A DNA stretch of 64,000 nt from positions 32,001-96,000 of the forward strand of contig JBFMHR010000001.1 in assembly GCA_040751795.1 (NCBI GenBank), read 5' to 3'. This DNA comes from Thermoplasmatota archaeon (lineage in GTDB: Archaea; Thermoplasmatota; Thermoplasmata; UBA10834). The notes under the pieces are model-generated. The model was given only the letters and a program-made list of their open reading frames with translations. It searched no databases and had not been told where the DNA came from. Of the stretch, positions 34,545 to 43,855 are shown one piece after another; position 1 is the first letter of the stretch; every line of letters starts with the position of its first letter. The position numbers and the translations under genes were made by a program.

Positions 34545-36347
34545 TCACCGCTCGGCCATGGCGCCCTGGGACACCATTCTGAGCACCCTGTACAGGACGC
34601 GCGGGATCTCGTCGAACGAAGAGACGGTGAACATCTGGCCCCCGCCCTTCGCCGCCATCGCCTCGCACTCGCCGGGCTTGCAGTCGTGGCTCTCTGTCAT
34701 CACCACGAAGAGCCGCCTGTAGGCGGACGCCGCGTCCCTCGGGTCCGGACCGACGGTGTAGTTGCCGTCGGTTATCAGGATCCCTATCCTGTTGCGCGTG
34801 CGCGCGCGGTGCAGCTCCTCGCTGCCCCTCCTGAGGGCGGAATCTATGTCGGTGTAGCCCGAGGCGTTCGATGAGAGGAGGTCCGAGACGAGGTCGTCGA
34901 GGTTCTTGGGCTCGCCCATCCTCTTGACCGTGCTCGGCCTGTCGTTGAACGTGATGAGGAGGTAGTCCACCGTCTTCAACCTGTAGGCGAGGACGGCGAT
35001 GGCCGCGCTCGCCATCGCCAGCTTGTCGCCTGTCATGGACAGGCTCGCGTCCAGTATCAGGGCGACCGCCAGCTCCCTCGGGGCGCGGTCCTCGACGACT
35101 ATGTCCCCTGGCTCGATCCTATCGTGCCCCATGATGCGCTCGAGGGTTTCATCGATGTCTATCTCGCCCTCGCCCCCCTGTCCGAAGGTCGTCCTCTGGA
35201 CCCTCGTCGGGAGCGACACGGGCCCCAGGAGCCGCAGCACGCGCCTTATCGTCGCCCTGATGGCGATCCTGCGCGCCAGCTCCGCGAGGGCCGGGGATCC
35301 CAGTGAGAACCTCAGGCTGGAGTAGTTCCTGGCGATGTCCCAGCCGATGTCGTCGTAGTCGACCTTCCCCCCGCCTCCGATCTCCTCCAGCGCCGGGACG
35401 AGGTCGGCCATGCCCGCGACCTTCGCCTTGGGAACGCCCGCGCGCCCTCCGCCCTCCGGCCCCTTTTCGGGGGCCGGCGGCGGGACGCCCCTCGGCGGGA
35501 CAGGCACGGAGAAGCACTCGTTGACGATCTCGTCAACGACCTCCTCGACCGTCGCGTTCGACTCCTCCCTGATCTCGATGCGCGTCGGCACGGCCATCTG
35601 GGCCGCCCTCCTCACGCCCTCGACCGCGTCCCCGGGGAAGGCCCCTGCGAGCTCCGCCATGCTCATCGCGGCCCTCATGCTCGCACCCCTCCTGACGTCG
35701 GGATGCGTCCGAGTCCTGCGCGCAATCCACACGCATCGGTAGACGAGCTCGCCCGGGACCCCGGGGAGCCTGCGGGAGACTATCTCCACCTCCTCCGCCT
35801 CGGGCTGGTAGTCGATGAGAAGGAGCTCGAACCTGTCCGAGAGGGCCTCCGACAGGGCCGTGGTCGCGACGAACTCGCGGGGGTTCTGGGTGGCCACGAC
35901 GACGAAGCCGGGCTCCGCCCTGACGGTCCCGATCTTCGGGACCTCGATCATCCCCTCGTCCATGGCGGGGAGGAGGATGTTCTGCACCCCCTCGGGCATC
36001 CGGTTCAGCTCGTTGATGAAGAGCACCCCGCCCTCGCGCATAGCCTCCGTCAGCGGGCCCGGGACGAAGGCCTCCTTGACGTACCCCTTCTGCAGGACCA
36101 CGGGGGGGTCGAACCATCCGGACAGCTTCTGCTCGGTGTACCTCTCGTCGCCGTCGACGCGGAACACCTTGGCGCCCAGGTGCCTGGCCACGGCGCTGGC
36201 GATCACCGTCTTGCCGACGCCCACGGGCCCCTCGATCATCAGGTGCTTCCTGGCGCGGAGGGAGGCCATGGCCTTCTCGAGCTCCCTCTCCCTGCCCACG
36301 ACCCCGTACTCCCTCTGGACGGCGGCGACCTCATCGGAAAGCGCCAT
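34545..36347 (-). CDS. MoxR-type AAA+ ATPase fused to a vWA domain
   Basis: GPVGVGKT, LFINELNR, ATQNP, ALSDRF; MIDAS DASLSM and ITDG. Confidence 0.9.
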   Translation of the reverse strand: MALSDEVAAVQREYGVVGRERELEKAMASLRARKHLMIEGPVGVGKTVIASAVARHLGAKVFRVDGDERYTEQKLSGWFDPPVVLQKGYVKEAFVPGPLTEAMREGGVLFINELNRMPEGVQNILLPAMDEGMIEVPKIGTVRAEPGFVVVATQNPREFVATTALSEALSDRFELLLIDYQPEAEEVEIVSRRLPGVPGELVYRCVWIARRTRTHPDVRRGASMRAAMSMAELAGAFPGDAVEGVRRAAQMAVPTRIEIREESNATVEEVVDEIVNECFSVPVPPRGVPPPAPEKGPEGGGRAGVPKAKVAGMADLVPALEEIGGGGKVDYDDIGWDIARNYSSLRFSLGSPALAELARRIAIRATIRRVLRLLGPVSLPTRVQRTTFGQGGEGEIDIDETLERIMGHDRIEPGDIVVEDRAPRELAVALILDASLSMTGDKLAMASAAIAVLAYRLKTVDYLLITFNDRPSTVKRMGEPKNLDDLVSDLLSSNASGYTDIDSALRRGSEELHRARTRNRIGILITDGNYTVGPDPRDAASAYRRLFVVMTESHDCKPGECEAMAAKGGGQMFTVSSFDEIPRVLYRVLRMVSQGAMAER

Positions 36348-36463
36348 GGTATGCGTATGCCAGATGATGCTGGGAACGATTAATGTTGCTGTCCGACCCG
36401 TCGGCCGGGCGGCGCCCGAGGGGTATGGATTTATCCCAGGTCCGCGTTGACGGTGCGGAGAAC

Positions 36464-36919
36464 ATGGCAGGAGGCAGGCCGAAGCGCGACTTCACCGTCA
36501 GGGTGCTCAGCGAGAAGGACCTGGAGCAGGTCCCACGGGTGTGGGTCGATTCGGGGCTCCCCTACAGGCCCAATGGCAGGGACTCGCCCGAGGGGCTCAG
36601 GGCCCAGCTCAGGAGGGACCCCGACCTGTTCATAGGGGCGTTCGTCGGGCCCGAGATGATCGGCGTGGCCATAGCGACCGACGACGGCAGGAAGGGGTGG
36701 ATCAACCGCCTCGCCGTCCTCCCCTCACACAGGAGGAAGGGCGTAGCGAGGGCCCTGGTCGAGATGTGCGAGGAGGCGCTCAGGAGGAGGGGCCGGGGCG
36801 TCTTCAGCATACTCATCGAGGGGGAGAACGAGGCCTCCGAGAGGCTGTTCTTGACTTCCGGATACAGGGACGAGAGCGACATCAGGTACTACGCGAAGAG
36901 GGACAGCGAGGAGACCTGA
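36464..36919 (+). CDS. GNAT acetyltransferase
   Basis: DGRKGWINRLAV...RRKGVA. Confidence 0.9.
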   Translation: MAGGRPKRDFTVRVLSEKDLEQVPRVWVDSGLPYRPNGRDSPEGLRAQLRRDPDLFIGAFVGPEMIGVAIATDDGRKGWINRLAVLPSHRRKGVARALVEMCEEALRRRGRGVFSILIEGENEASERLFLTSGYRDESDIRYYAKRDSEET

Positions 36920-36924
36920 GGGAG

Positions 36925-37761
36925 CTAGCCTAGCTCGAAGCCCGCAATGCCCAGGGCGCCCGACTCTGCCGCGCTGTAGCGGTCCTCGCCCCTGACCATC
37001 ATCCTGACGGGTATCCTCTTGACGCTCGCGCACGACCCCATGAACGACCTGAGGTACGGCACGTCGTCGAAGAAGCCCAGGTCGACCCTCCGGCCGGCGA
37101 AGCCGCCGAGGAAGGTGTCGACCAGGGCGAGCGCGTCCTCGGGGGAGGGGGACAGCGAGGCGAGCGGGCCGAGGTCCCCGCCGAGGGGGTTCCGCCGCCC
37201 GAGGCAGTAGCCCGTGATGCGGCCTCCCCTCCGGACCTTGTAGCAAAGGTCCGGGTACTCCCTGAACAGACCCTCGATGAACTGCGACCTGTCGTCCCCG
37301 AAGACCCTCGCGTCGATCCCGCAGACCTCGCGGAGGTCCTCCGGGAGGAGCCTCTCGCACGGCGAGGATGTGCCGCGCCCCTCCACGATGAAGCCGTATG
37401 ACACCAGCTGGCGCGTCCGCTCGAACCCGCACGAATGGTAGAGCCTCTCCGCGGCCGGGGTCGAGAACACGACGACCGAGCCGAACCCGGCCCTGTCGAA
37501 GTCGGCAAGGGACGCCTCCAGGAGCTTCCTCCCGACCTTCCTGCCCCGGGACACCTCCGACACGACCAGGTGCCCTATCACGGCGGTCCTCCCGTAGTGA
37601 AGGCTGGCCACGAACCCTGACGGGCCGCCCTCGTCCCAGAGGTAGGAGCCCATGCTGGACATCCGCAGGACCCTCTCCAGCTCGGGCCTGCTGTAGCCCC
37701 AGCCCTCGCGGTCGGTGAGCTCCAGGGCGAAGTCCAGGTCCTCCTCGGTCAGCCTCCTCAT
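36925..37761 (-). CDS. GNAT acetyltransferase (YitH-like)
   Basis: SRGRKVG motif, FGDDR, GPL, C-terminal ELG. Confidence 0.85.
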   Translation of the reverse strand: MRRLTEEDLDFALELTDREGWGYSRPELERVLRMSSMGSYLWDEGGPSGFVASLHYGRTAVIGHLVVSEVSRGRKVGRKLLEASLADFDRAGFGSVVVFSTPAAERLYHSCGFERTRQLVSYGFIVEGRGTSSPCERLLPEDLREVCGIDARVFGDDRSQFIEGLFREYPDLCYKVRRGGRITGYCLGRRNPLGGDLGPLASLSPSPEDALALVDTFLGGFAGRRVDLGFFDDVPYLRSFMGSCASVKRIPVRMMVRGEDRYSAAESGALGIAGFELG

Positions 37762-37913
37762 GTGCGCGCCTCCTCAGGGCGGGGGATGGAATGACGTAGC
37801 CGCCCCATAACCCTTGCCCAAAGGTGAGCCAGCTCCCCCGTGCGCCTTTCTCGACAGGTTTTTATAAGATGTAAAGAATCCAGAACCGCGGGACCTCGTC
37901 CCGAGGGATTGGG

Positions 37914-39293
37914 ATGCATAGCGGAGAGCGTGCCGACGAGAGCGATGCCCCAGAGGCGTCCACGCCCGGGCCCATCCCGATCTCCGACATGCTGGACATA
38001 CTCAAGCTCATCTCGAGGGCGGAGCCGGTCGACCTCCTCATCGACAAGACCGCGGCCACGATAATGTCGACCTTCGGGGTAAGGTCCCTCGTCGTCTGCG
38101 TCCTGGACGAGCAGACGGGGACCTTCGCCCCCAGGTGCGTGAAGGGGTTCCCGCAGGGCAACGCCGCGGCGATCCGGAAGCACACCTACGCCGTCGACGC
38201 GAGGACCAGGGACTTCCTCACCAGGCACAGGACCGACCAGCGCACGTGCCATGTGAGGGCCGAGGACTCGCCCCCGATGACCAACGACGACATGGACTAC
38301 ATCGTCGACACGGCGGCCGTCTCCGAGCCGCGCGGGTCCCCCGACCGTTGGCACCCGCTCGACTTCATGCTCTTCCTCATGGTGGACAGGCTGGGCAACT
38401 GGATCGGGTGGATAGAGGTGGACTCCACCGCGGACGGCCGGGTGCTCCCGCAAGACTCCGTGCACAGGATCCAGCTCCTGGCGGACCTGATAGGCATCGC
38501 CGTGGAGAACGCCAGGATATACGAGGACGCGATCTCGGCGATGAACGAGTCGCAGGGGTACCTGGACCTCATATCCCACGACATCGGGAACATGATCAAC
38601 CCCCTGACATACTACCTCGAGAGGATGGAGAGGAGCGGGACCCTGGACTCCGAGAACAGCGAGTCCCTCTCCAAGGCGCTCGCGGTCTCCAGGGCGGCGA
38701 AGGGCCTCGTCGACAACGTCCGCAAGATGTCGGAGGCGAGGTGCTCGCACAGCCAGGAGAGGGCGCCGTACGACCTGAGGGACGTCCTGGTCAAGTGCAT
38801 CTCCGCGCTCAAGAGGGAGTTCCCCTCCCGGGACATCGTGGTGAGCTTCGACTGCCCCGAGGGTGAGTGCCTCATCCAGGCCGACGAGCTCGTGCACGAC
38901 CTCTTCATGAACCTCCTCAGCAACGCGGTGAAGTACAACCCGAAGCCGATGGCCGAGGTCGAGGTCTCCATACAGCACGGCGCGGGCGTCTGGACCGTCA
39001 CCGTGGAGGACCACGGGATGGGCATCCCCGACGACCGCAAGGGGGCCGTGTTCTCCCGGTTCGCCAAGAGGCCCGACGGCGCGAGCGGGACCGGGATGGG
39101 CCTCTCGATCGTGAGCCTCCTCGTCGACAGATACTCCGGAGTCATAGGAGTCACCGACAGGGTGCCAGGGAACCCCTCCGAGGGGGCCTGCTTCGAGGTC
39201 GCGTTCCCCAAGACGAACGGAAACGAAGCCGCCCGGGCGCAGGGGGCCGCCGGGGCCTTCGGCGCGGGCTACTCGTCCGCGAACCCCCTCTGA
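37914..39293 (+). CDS. GAF sensor histidine kinase
   Basis: SHDIGN, NLLSNAVKY, DHGMGIP, GTGMGL. Confidence 0.92.
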   Translation: MHSGERADESDAPEASTPGPIPISDMLDILKLISRAEPVDLLIDKTAATIMSTFGVRSLVVCVLDEQTGTFAPRCVKGFPQGNAAAIRKHTYAVDARTRDFLTRHRTDQRTCHVRAEDSPPMTNDDMDYIVDTAAVSEPRGSPDRWHPLDFMLFLMVDRLGNWIGWIEVDSTADGRVLPQDSVHRIQLLADLIGIAVENARIYEDAISAMNESQGYLDLISHDIGNMINPLTYYLERMERSGTLDSENSESLSKALAVSRAAKGLVDNVRKMSEARCSHSQERAPYDLRDVLVKCISALKREFPSRDIVVSFDCPEGECLIQADELVHDLFMNLLSNAVKYNPKPMAEVEVSIQHGAGVWTVTVEDHGMGIPDDRKGAVFSRFAKRPDGASGTGMGLSIVSLLVDRYSGVIGVTDRVPGNPSEGACFEVAFPKTNGNEAARAQGAAGAFGAGYSSANPL

Positions 39294-39340
39294 GGCGCAG
39301 GCGAGGGGTTATCTAGGACCGCGCGCCTCAGCGGCTGGCG

Positions 39341-39823
39341 ATGGCGGTTGAAACGAGGGCCGGAGCGCCCTCCCTCAGGAAGACGGACGACTACGAGGCG
39401 GTGAGGGCGCTCGCCACCAGGTCCGGCCTGGAGGACGGTACCTTCGACGACGTCGTCATGGCATGGGGCTACTTCATAGGCGACGGGCTGGTGGGGTGCG
39501 CTGCGCTGAAGCAGGAGGACGGCAGGCACGCGGTCGAGTGGCTGGCGGTCTCCGAGGGGCTCAGGGGCAAGGGGCTCGGGAGGATGCTCGTCGGGATGGT
39601 CGAGGCCGAGGCGAGGATGAGGGGCGCCGACAGGGTCTGGGCCTTGGCGAGGGCGCCCAGGTTCTTCGAGAGGATAGGCTACCGCGTCTCGCCGCCCGGC
39701 GAGTCCGGGGGGCCGATGATGTCCAACTGCCTCCTCTGCTCGCAGTACCAGCGGTCATGCTTCCCCGCGGTTATGGTCAAGAATCTCTCGGCCCAAGAAA
39801 ATGCGCACCAGCGACACGTATAA
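39341..39823 (+). CDS. GNAT acetyltransferase (ArgA-like)
   Basis: GCAAL, LRGKGLG, FFERIGY. Confidence 0.85.
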   Translation: MAVETRAGAPSLRKTDDYEAVRALATRSGLEDGTFDDVVMAWGYFIGDGLVGCAALKQEDGRHAVEWLAVSEGLRGKGLGRMLVGMVEAEARMRGADRVWALARAPRFFERIGYRVSPPGESGGPMMSNCLLCSQYQRSCFPAVMVKNLSAQENAHQRHV

Positions 39824-39861
39824 GTACCGAATCCGCGTGGCATTGCATAGAGGGCATCACA

Positions 39862-41022
39862 ATGGCGGTCACCGAGAGGAAGGTCACCGAGTGCGCCAAG
39901 CGCATGGTCGAGACGTGCAACGTCAAGAAGGGAGAGGGCGTCGTCGTGAGGGGCGGGGCCCACACACAGCAGCTGCTCGAGGACATAGCGCTCGAATGCT
40001 ACCGGCGCGGGGCGACGCCGTCCATCGTCGTCACGTCCGACAGGTACGCGAAGGCGGTATACGACCAGATCCCCGCGAAGACCCTCGAGACCGTGCCGAA
40101 GCAGTACGTCGGGATGGTGAAGGCCGCCGACCTGCTGATCACGGTCGAGGACCTCGACGACCCGAAGGTGGCGGAGGGCTTTCCCCGCGAGAAGGTCGCG
40201 GCGAGGCAGAAGGGCTCGCTCCCGCTCTACGACATCATCTACCACAAGACCCGCGGCAAGAAGTGGCTATATGCGGGGTGGCCGACCAAGGCCGCCGCCA
40301 AGAGCTTCGGCGTGCCCTATGCGCTCCTGGAGGACATAGTCATCGGGGGCATATCCGTCCCGAGCTCCCAGCTGATGAAGACGGGCAAGAGGATGGCGAA
40401 GGCGTTCGAGGACGCCGACTGGGCGCACGTCTGGGACGACAAGGGCACCGACTTCAGGGTCAACGTGCGCGGGCGGAGGCTCAACATCGACGACGGCTTC
40501 ACGAGCGACGAGGACTTCGAGGCCGGGGACAGGGGCGCGAACCTGCCCGCGGGGGAGCTCTTCATCGCGCCGAAGGAGACAGTCGGCGAGGGGACCATAT
40601 TCTGCCCCGTGACGAGGGACCGGATGTCCGAGAAGATCGTCACGGACGTGCATCTCGAATTCAAGGACGGGAAGCTGCTGCTCGACAGGGTCACCGCCAA
40701 GAAGAACCTCCCCGCGCTCGTGGCGAGCTTCGAGGAGTGCGAGGCCATAGACCGGAAGCGGTACAGGACCGTCAGGACCAGGCACGTCGGCGAGCTCGGG
40801 ATAGGCTACAACCCGCGCATCAAGAAGGCGATAGGCTACATCCTGACCGACGAGAAGGTCAGCGGCACAGTCCACGTCGCGTTCGGCTCCAACAACACCT
40901 ACGGCGGCACCTCCGAGTCCACGATGCACTGGGACTTCGTGTCGGCCCCGGGCGTGAACATCGAGGTCGAGCGGACGGATGGCAAGACCGTCCGGATGAT
41001 GACCAAGGGCAGGCTCGTCTGA
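39862..41022 (+). CDS. M29-family aminopeptidase
   Basis: NLPAGELF, GELGIG, DEKVSGTVHVAFG, HWD. Confidence 0.9.
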   Translation: MAVTERKVTECAKRMVETCNVKKGEGVVVRGGAHTQQLLEDIALECYRRGATPSIVVTSDRYAKAVYDQIPAKTLETVPKQYVGMVKAADLLITVEDLDDPKVAEGFPREKVAARQKGSLPLYDIIYHKTRGKKWLYAGWPTKAAAKSFGVPYALLEDIVIGGISVPSSQLMKTGKRMAKAFEDADWAHVWDDKGTDFRVNVRGRRLNIDDGFTSDEDFEAGDRGANLPAGELFIAPKETVGEGTIFCPVTRDRMSEKIVTDVHLEFKDGKLLLDRVTAKKNLPALVASFEECEAIDRKRYRTVRTRHVGELGIGYNPRIKKAIGYILTDEKVSGTVHVAFGSNNTYGGTSESTMHWDFVSAPGVNIEVERTDGKTVRMMTKGRLV

Positions 41023-41031
41023 ACGCGGCGT

Positions 41032-41616
41032 TCAGACCAGGCGCCTGCCCGCCTCGAGGGCCCGGGCCAGCGCGGCCTCTTTCCTCGGCGCGAGCTCAGG
41101 GTCGTCCGTGTGCCCCAGCAGCACCTCTCCCGTGTACTCGTAGTCGATGGCTGCGAAGAACGCCTTTGCGATGTGCAGCGACGGCTCGAAGATGGTCGGC
41201 TTGGGGGAGCCCGCGCACGACAGGAACAGCCCCTTCGGGCGTTCCCTGCCCTCGTAGACCCGCCTCTTCATCTGGTACTTCTCCACCCAGAAGCACTGGC
41301 ACCGGTCGATCATCGCCTTGGTCTGCGCGGTCAGGCCCATGAAGAACACGGGCGAGGAGAGGGCTATCGCGTCCACCTGCCTCACGCGCGCGTAGATGAG
41401 CCCCATGTCGTCCCTGGTCTGGGAGCAGGAGGCGGACTCCTCGCATCGCCTGCACTCCATGCAGGGGGATATCCTCATGGCCGCGAGGTCCATCCTCTCG
41501 GTCTCCGCCCCCGCGGAGCGCGCGCCCTCCAGGGCGGACTCGAGCAGCTGCGCCGCGTTCCCGTCCCTCCGGGGGCTCCCGAGGATGCCTAGGACCTTCT
41601 TCGCCGTGGGGCTCAC
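41032..41616 (-). CDS. Iron-sulfur flavoprotein / flavodoxin family
   Basis: GSPRRDGN, PCMECRRC, SPVFF, KAMIDR. Confidence 0.88.
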   Translation of the reverse strand: MSPTAKKVLGILGSPRRDGNAAQLLESALEGARSAGAETERMDLAAMRISPCMECRRCEESASCSQTRDDMGLIYARVRQVDAIALSSPVFFMGLTAQTKAMIDRCQCFWVEKYQMKRRVYEGRERPKGLFLSCAGSPKPTIFEPSLHIAKAFFAAIDYEYTGEVLLGHTDDPELAPRKEAALARALEAGRRLV

Positions 41617-41722
41617 CGCCTCTCCAGCCTTGGATGAGTTACCAGCAGTTATTTGTATCTGCTGCGGCCGGACGGAGGACATTCTTAAGGCGGCGGCCGC
41701 AGTTACACCCTGGCGGATACAC

Positions 41723-42496
41723 ATGGCGGGACGGAGGTTCGAGGGCAGGAGGGTCCTGGTCACCGGCGGGGCCTCGGGCATCGGGAAGGCGACCGCGGAG
41801 AGGTTCCTGGAGGAGGGGGCGCGCGTCGCAGTCGTGGACATCTCGGAGGCGGCGTGCAGGTCCGCGGAGGAGGAGCTGAGGGGCAGGGGCCACGAAGTCC
41901 TGATGGTCCGCGGCGACGTCAGCAGCTCCGAGGAGGTCAGGAGGACGGTCGGGAAGGTCGCCGACGCCTTCGGCGGGATAGACATACTGTTCAACAACGC
42001 GGGGATACTGGTCGAGGGGACGGTCGAGCAGGTGTCCGAGGAGGACTGGGACAGGATCATGTCCATCAACGTCAAGGGGGCGTTCCTCATGTGCAAGGAG
42101 GTGGTCCCCCTGATGCTCAGGCAGGGCAAGGGAGCCATAGTCAACAACGCGTCGTGCAGCGGCCTCGTCGGCGACAGGAACGCAATAGCATACAACACGT
42201 CAAAGGGCGCCGTCGTGCTCATGACGAAGTGCCTCGCGCTCGACTATGCCCAGAAGGGGATAAGGGCGAACTGCGTCTGCCCGGGGGAGATAGACACGCC
42301 CATGTTCAGGCAGGAGGCCAGGTCCCGCAACAAGCCGGTCGAGGAGTACAGGAAGGAGCTCTGCGAGGTCCACCCCATAGGGAGGCTCGGGGTCCCCAAG
42401 GAGGTCGCGGACGCGGTGCTGTTCCTCGCCTCCGACGACGCCAGCTTCATCACCGGCGCGGCGTTCTCCGTCGACGGCGGATACACGTGCCAATGA
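41723..42496 (+). CDS. SDR oxidoreductase
   Basis: TGGASGIG, NNAG, YNTSK, VDGG. Confidence 0.93.
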   Translation: MAGRRFEGRRVLVTGGASGIGKATAERFLEEGARVAVVDISEAACRSAEEELRGRGHEVLMVRGDVSSSEEVRRTVGKVADAFGGIDILFNNAGILVEGTVEQVSEEDWDRIMSINVKGAFLMCKEVVPLMLRQGKGAIVNNASCSGLVGDRNAIAYNTSKGAVVLMTKCLALDYAQKGIRANCVCPGEIDTPMFRQEARSRNKPVEEYRKELCEVHPIGRLGVPKEVADAVLFLASDDASFITGAAFSVDGGYTCQ

Positions 42497-42609
42497 GACA
42501 TGTGACCGCCAAAGGGTTTATGACCGATGGTGGCAGTCCTTAACAGCGTCAAGGGCCTGCGCCCGTGCGCGCGTGTGGGAGAGGGGGCCCTGACGGAGGG
42601 AGGAATGCC

Positions 42610-43038
42610 ATGACATCGGAGAAGCTGAAGGACCTGCTCAACAAGGCAATCGCAAGGGAGATCCAGGTGTCCGTCCAGTACATGTGGCAGCACGTGCAGT
42701 GGATGGGCGTGGAGCACTTCGCCATAAGCGGGAAGCTGAAGGAGATCGCCATCACCGAGATGAAGCACGCCGAGAAGATCGCCGAGAGGCTGTGGTACCT
42801 CGGCGGCGTCCCGACCACGAAGCCCGCGCCGATCAGCGTGGGCGACGAGATGTGGCAGATGGTGGACTTCGACATCAAGGCCGAGGTCGAGGCGATCGAG
42901 CTCTACAAGCAGATCGAGGAGGTCGCGGACGCGGAGGGCGACCCCACGACGAGGTTCATCTTCGAGAGCATCCTGGAGGACGAGGAGGACCACCACGACT
43001 TCTTCACGTCCCTCAAGGAGAGGCCGAAGAAGAAGTAG
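42610..43038 (+). CDS. Ferritin-like (bacterioferritin/DPSL) protein
   Basis: AIARE...QYMWQH, EMKHAE, DEEDH. Confidence 0.9.
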   Translation: MTSEKLKDLLNKAIAREIQVSVQYMWQHVQWMGVEHFAISGKLKEIAITEMKHAEKIAERLWYLGGVPTTKPAPISVGDEMWQMVDFDIKAEVEAIELYKQIEEVADAEGDPTTRFIFESILEDEEDHHDFFTSLKERPKKK

Positions 43039-43116
43039 CCCCGCCCATACGGGTGAGAAATAGCAGAAGGAGGGACGAGGCCGCGGCCTCTCCCTCCGTT
43101 TCAGGGGTTTGCCAGC

Positions 43117-43854
43117 TCACTTCTTGGCCCTGCGCCTGCCGAGCAGCTTCCTCTTGAAGGCCTTCATCTTCATCTTCTGGATGGCCTCCGTCGGATTCAG
43201 CTTCTTCGGGCAGACCTCGACGCAGTTGAACTGCGTGTGGCAGCGCCAGACGCCGCTCTCGCCCTCGACGATGTCGAGGCGGTCGTCGTAGATCGTGTCC
43301 CTCGTATCGGCGAGGAACCTGTACGACTTCAGCAGCGCGGCCGGGCCGAGGTAGTCGCTGTTGGTCCAGGCCATGGTGCAGGAGCTGGTGCAAGAGCCGC
43401 AGAGGATGCAGTCGATCGGCTCGTTGATCGGCTGGCGCTCCTTCGGCGACTGGATGTACTCCTTCTCCGGGTACGGCTCCTTGCCGACCATGTAGGGCCT
43501 GACCCTCTTCAGCCGGTCGAAGAAGTGCGTGTAGTCCACGGCGAGGTCCTTCACGACCTTCTGGTGCGGCAGGGGGCTCAGCATCAGCTCGCCCTTCCCC
43601 ATGAACTGGGCGACCTGGGTCTCGCACGCGAGCCTCACCTTCCCGCCTATGACCATCGCGCATGAGCCGCACACGCCGGCCCTGCAGCAGAACCTGAACG
43701 CGAGGGTGCCGTCCTGGTGGTTCAGCACCTCGAAGAGCGCGTCGAGCACGGTCATCCCCGGGCGGGTCTTCACCGTGAAGCTCTGCCAGTAGGGCAGTCT
43801 GTCGGCCGTGGGGTCCTGCCTCTGCACCTTCAGGGTTATCTCGTCAGCGGCCAT
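43117..43854 (-). CDS. sdhB: Succinate dehydrogenase/fumarate reductase Fe-S subunit
   Basis: CRAGVCGSC, CILCGSCTSSC, CHTQFNCVEVCP. Confidence 0.95.
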   Translation of the reverse strand: MAADEITLKVQRQDPTADRLPYWQSFTVKTRPGMTVLDALFEVLNHQDGTLAFRFCCRAGVCGSCAMVIGGKVRLACETQVAQFMGKGELMLSPLPHQKVVKDLAVDYTHFFDRLKRVRPYMVGKEPYPEKEYIQSPKERQPINEPIDCILCGSCTSSCTMAWTNSDYLGPAALLKSYRFLADTRDTIYDDRLDIVEGESGVWRCHTQFNCVEVCPKKLNPTEAIQKMKMKAFKRKLLGRRRAKK

Positions 43855-43855
43855 C

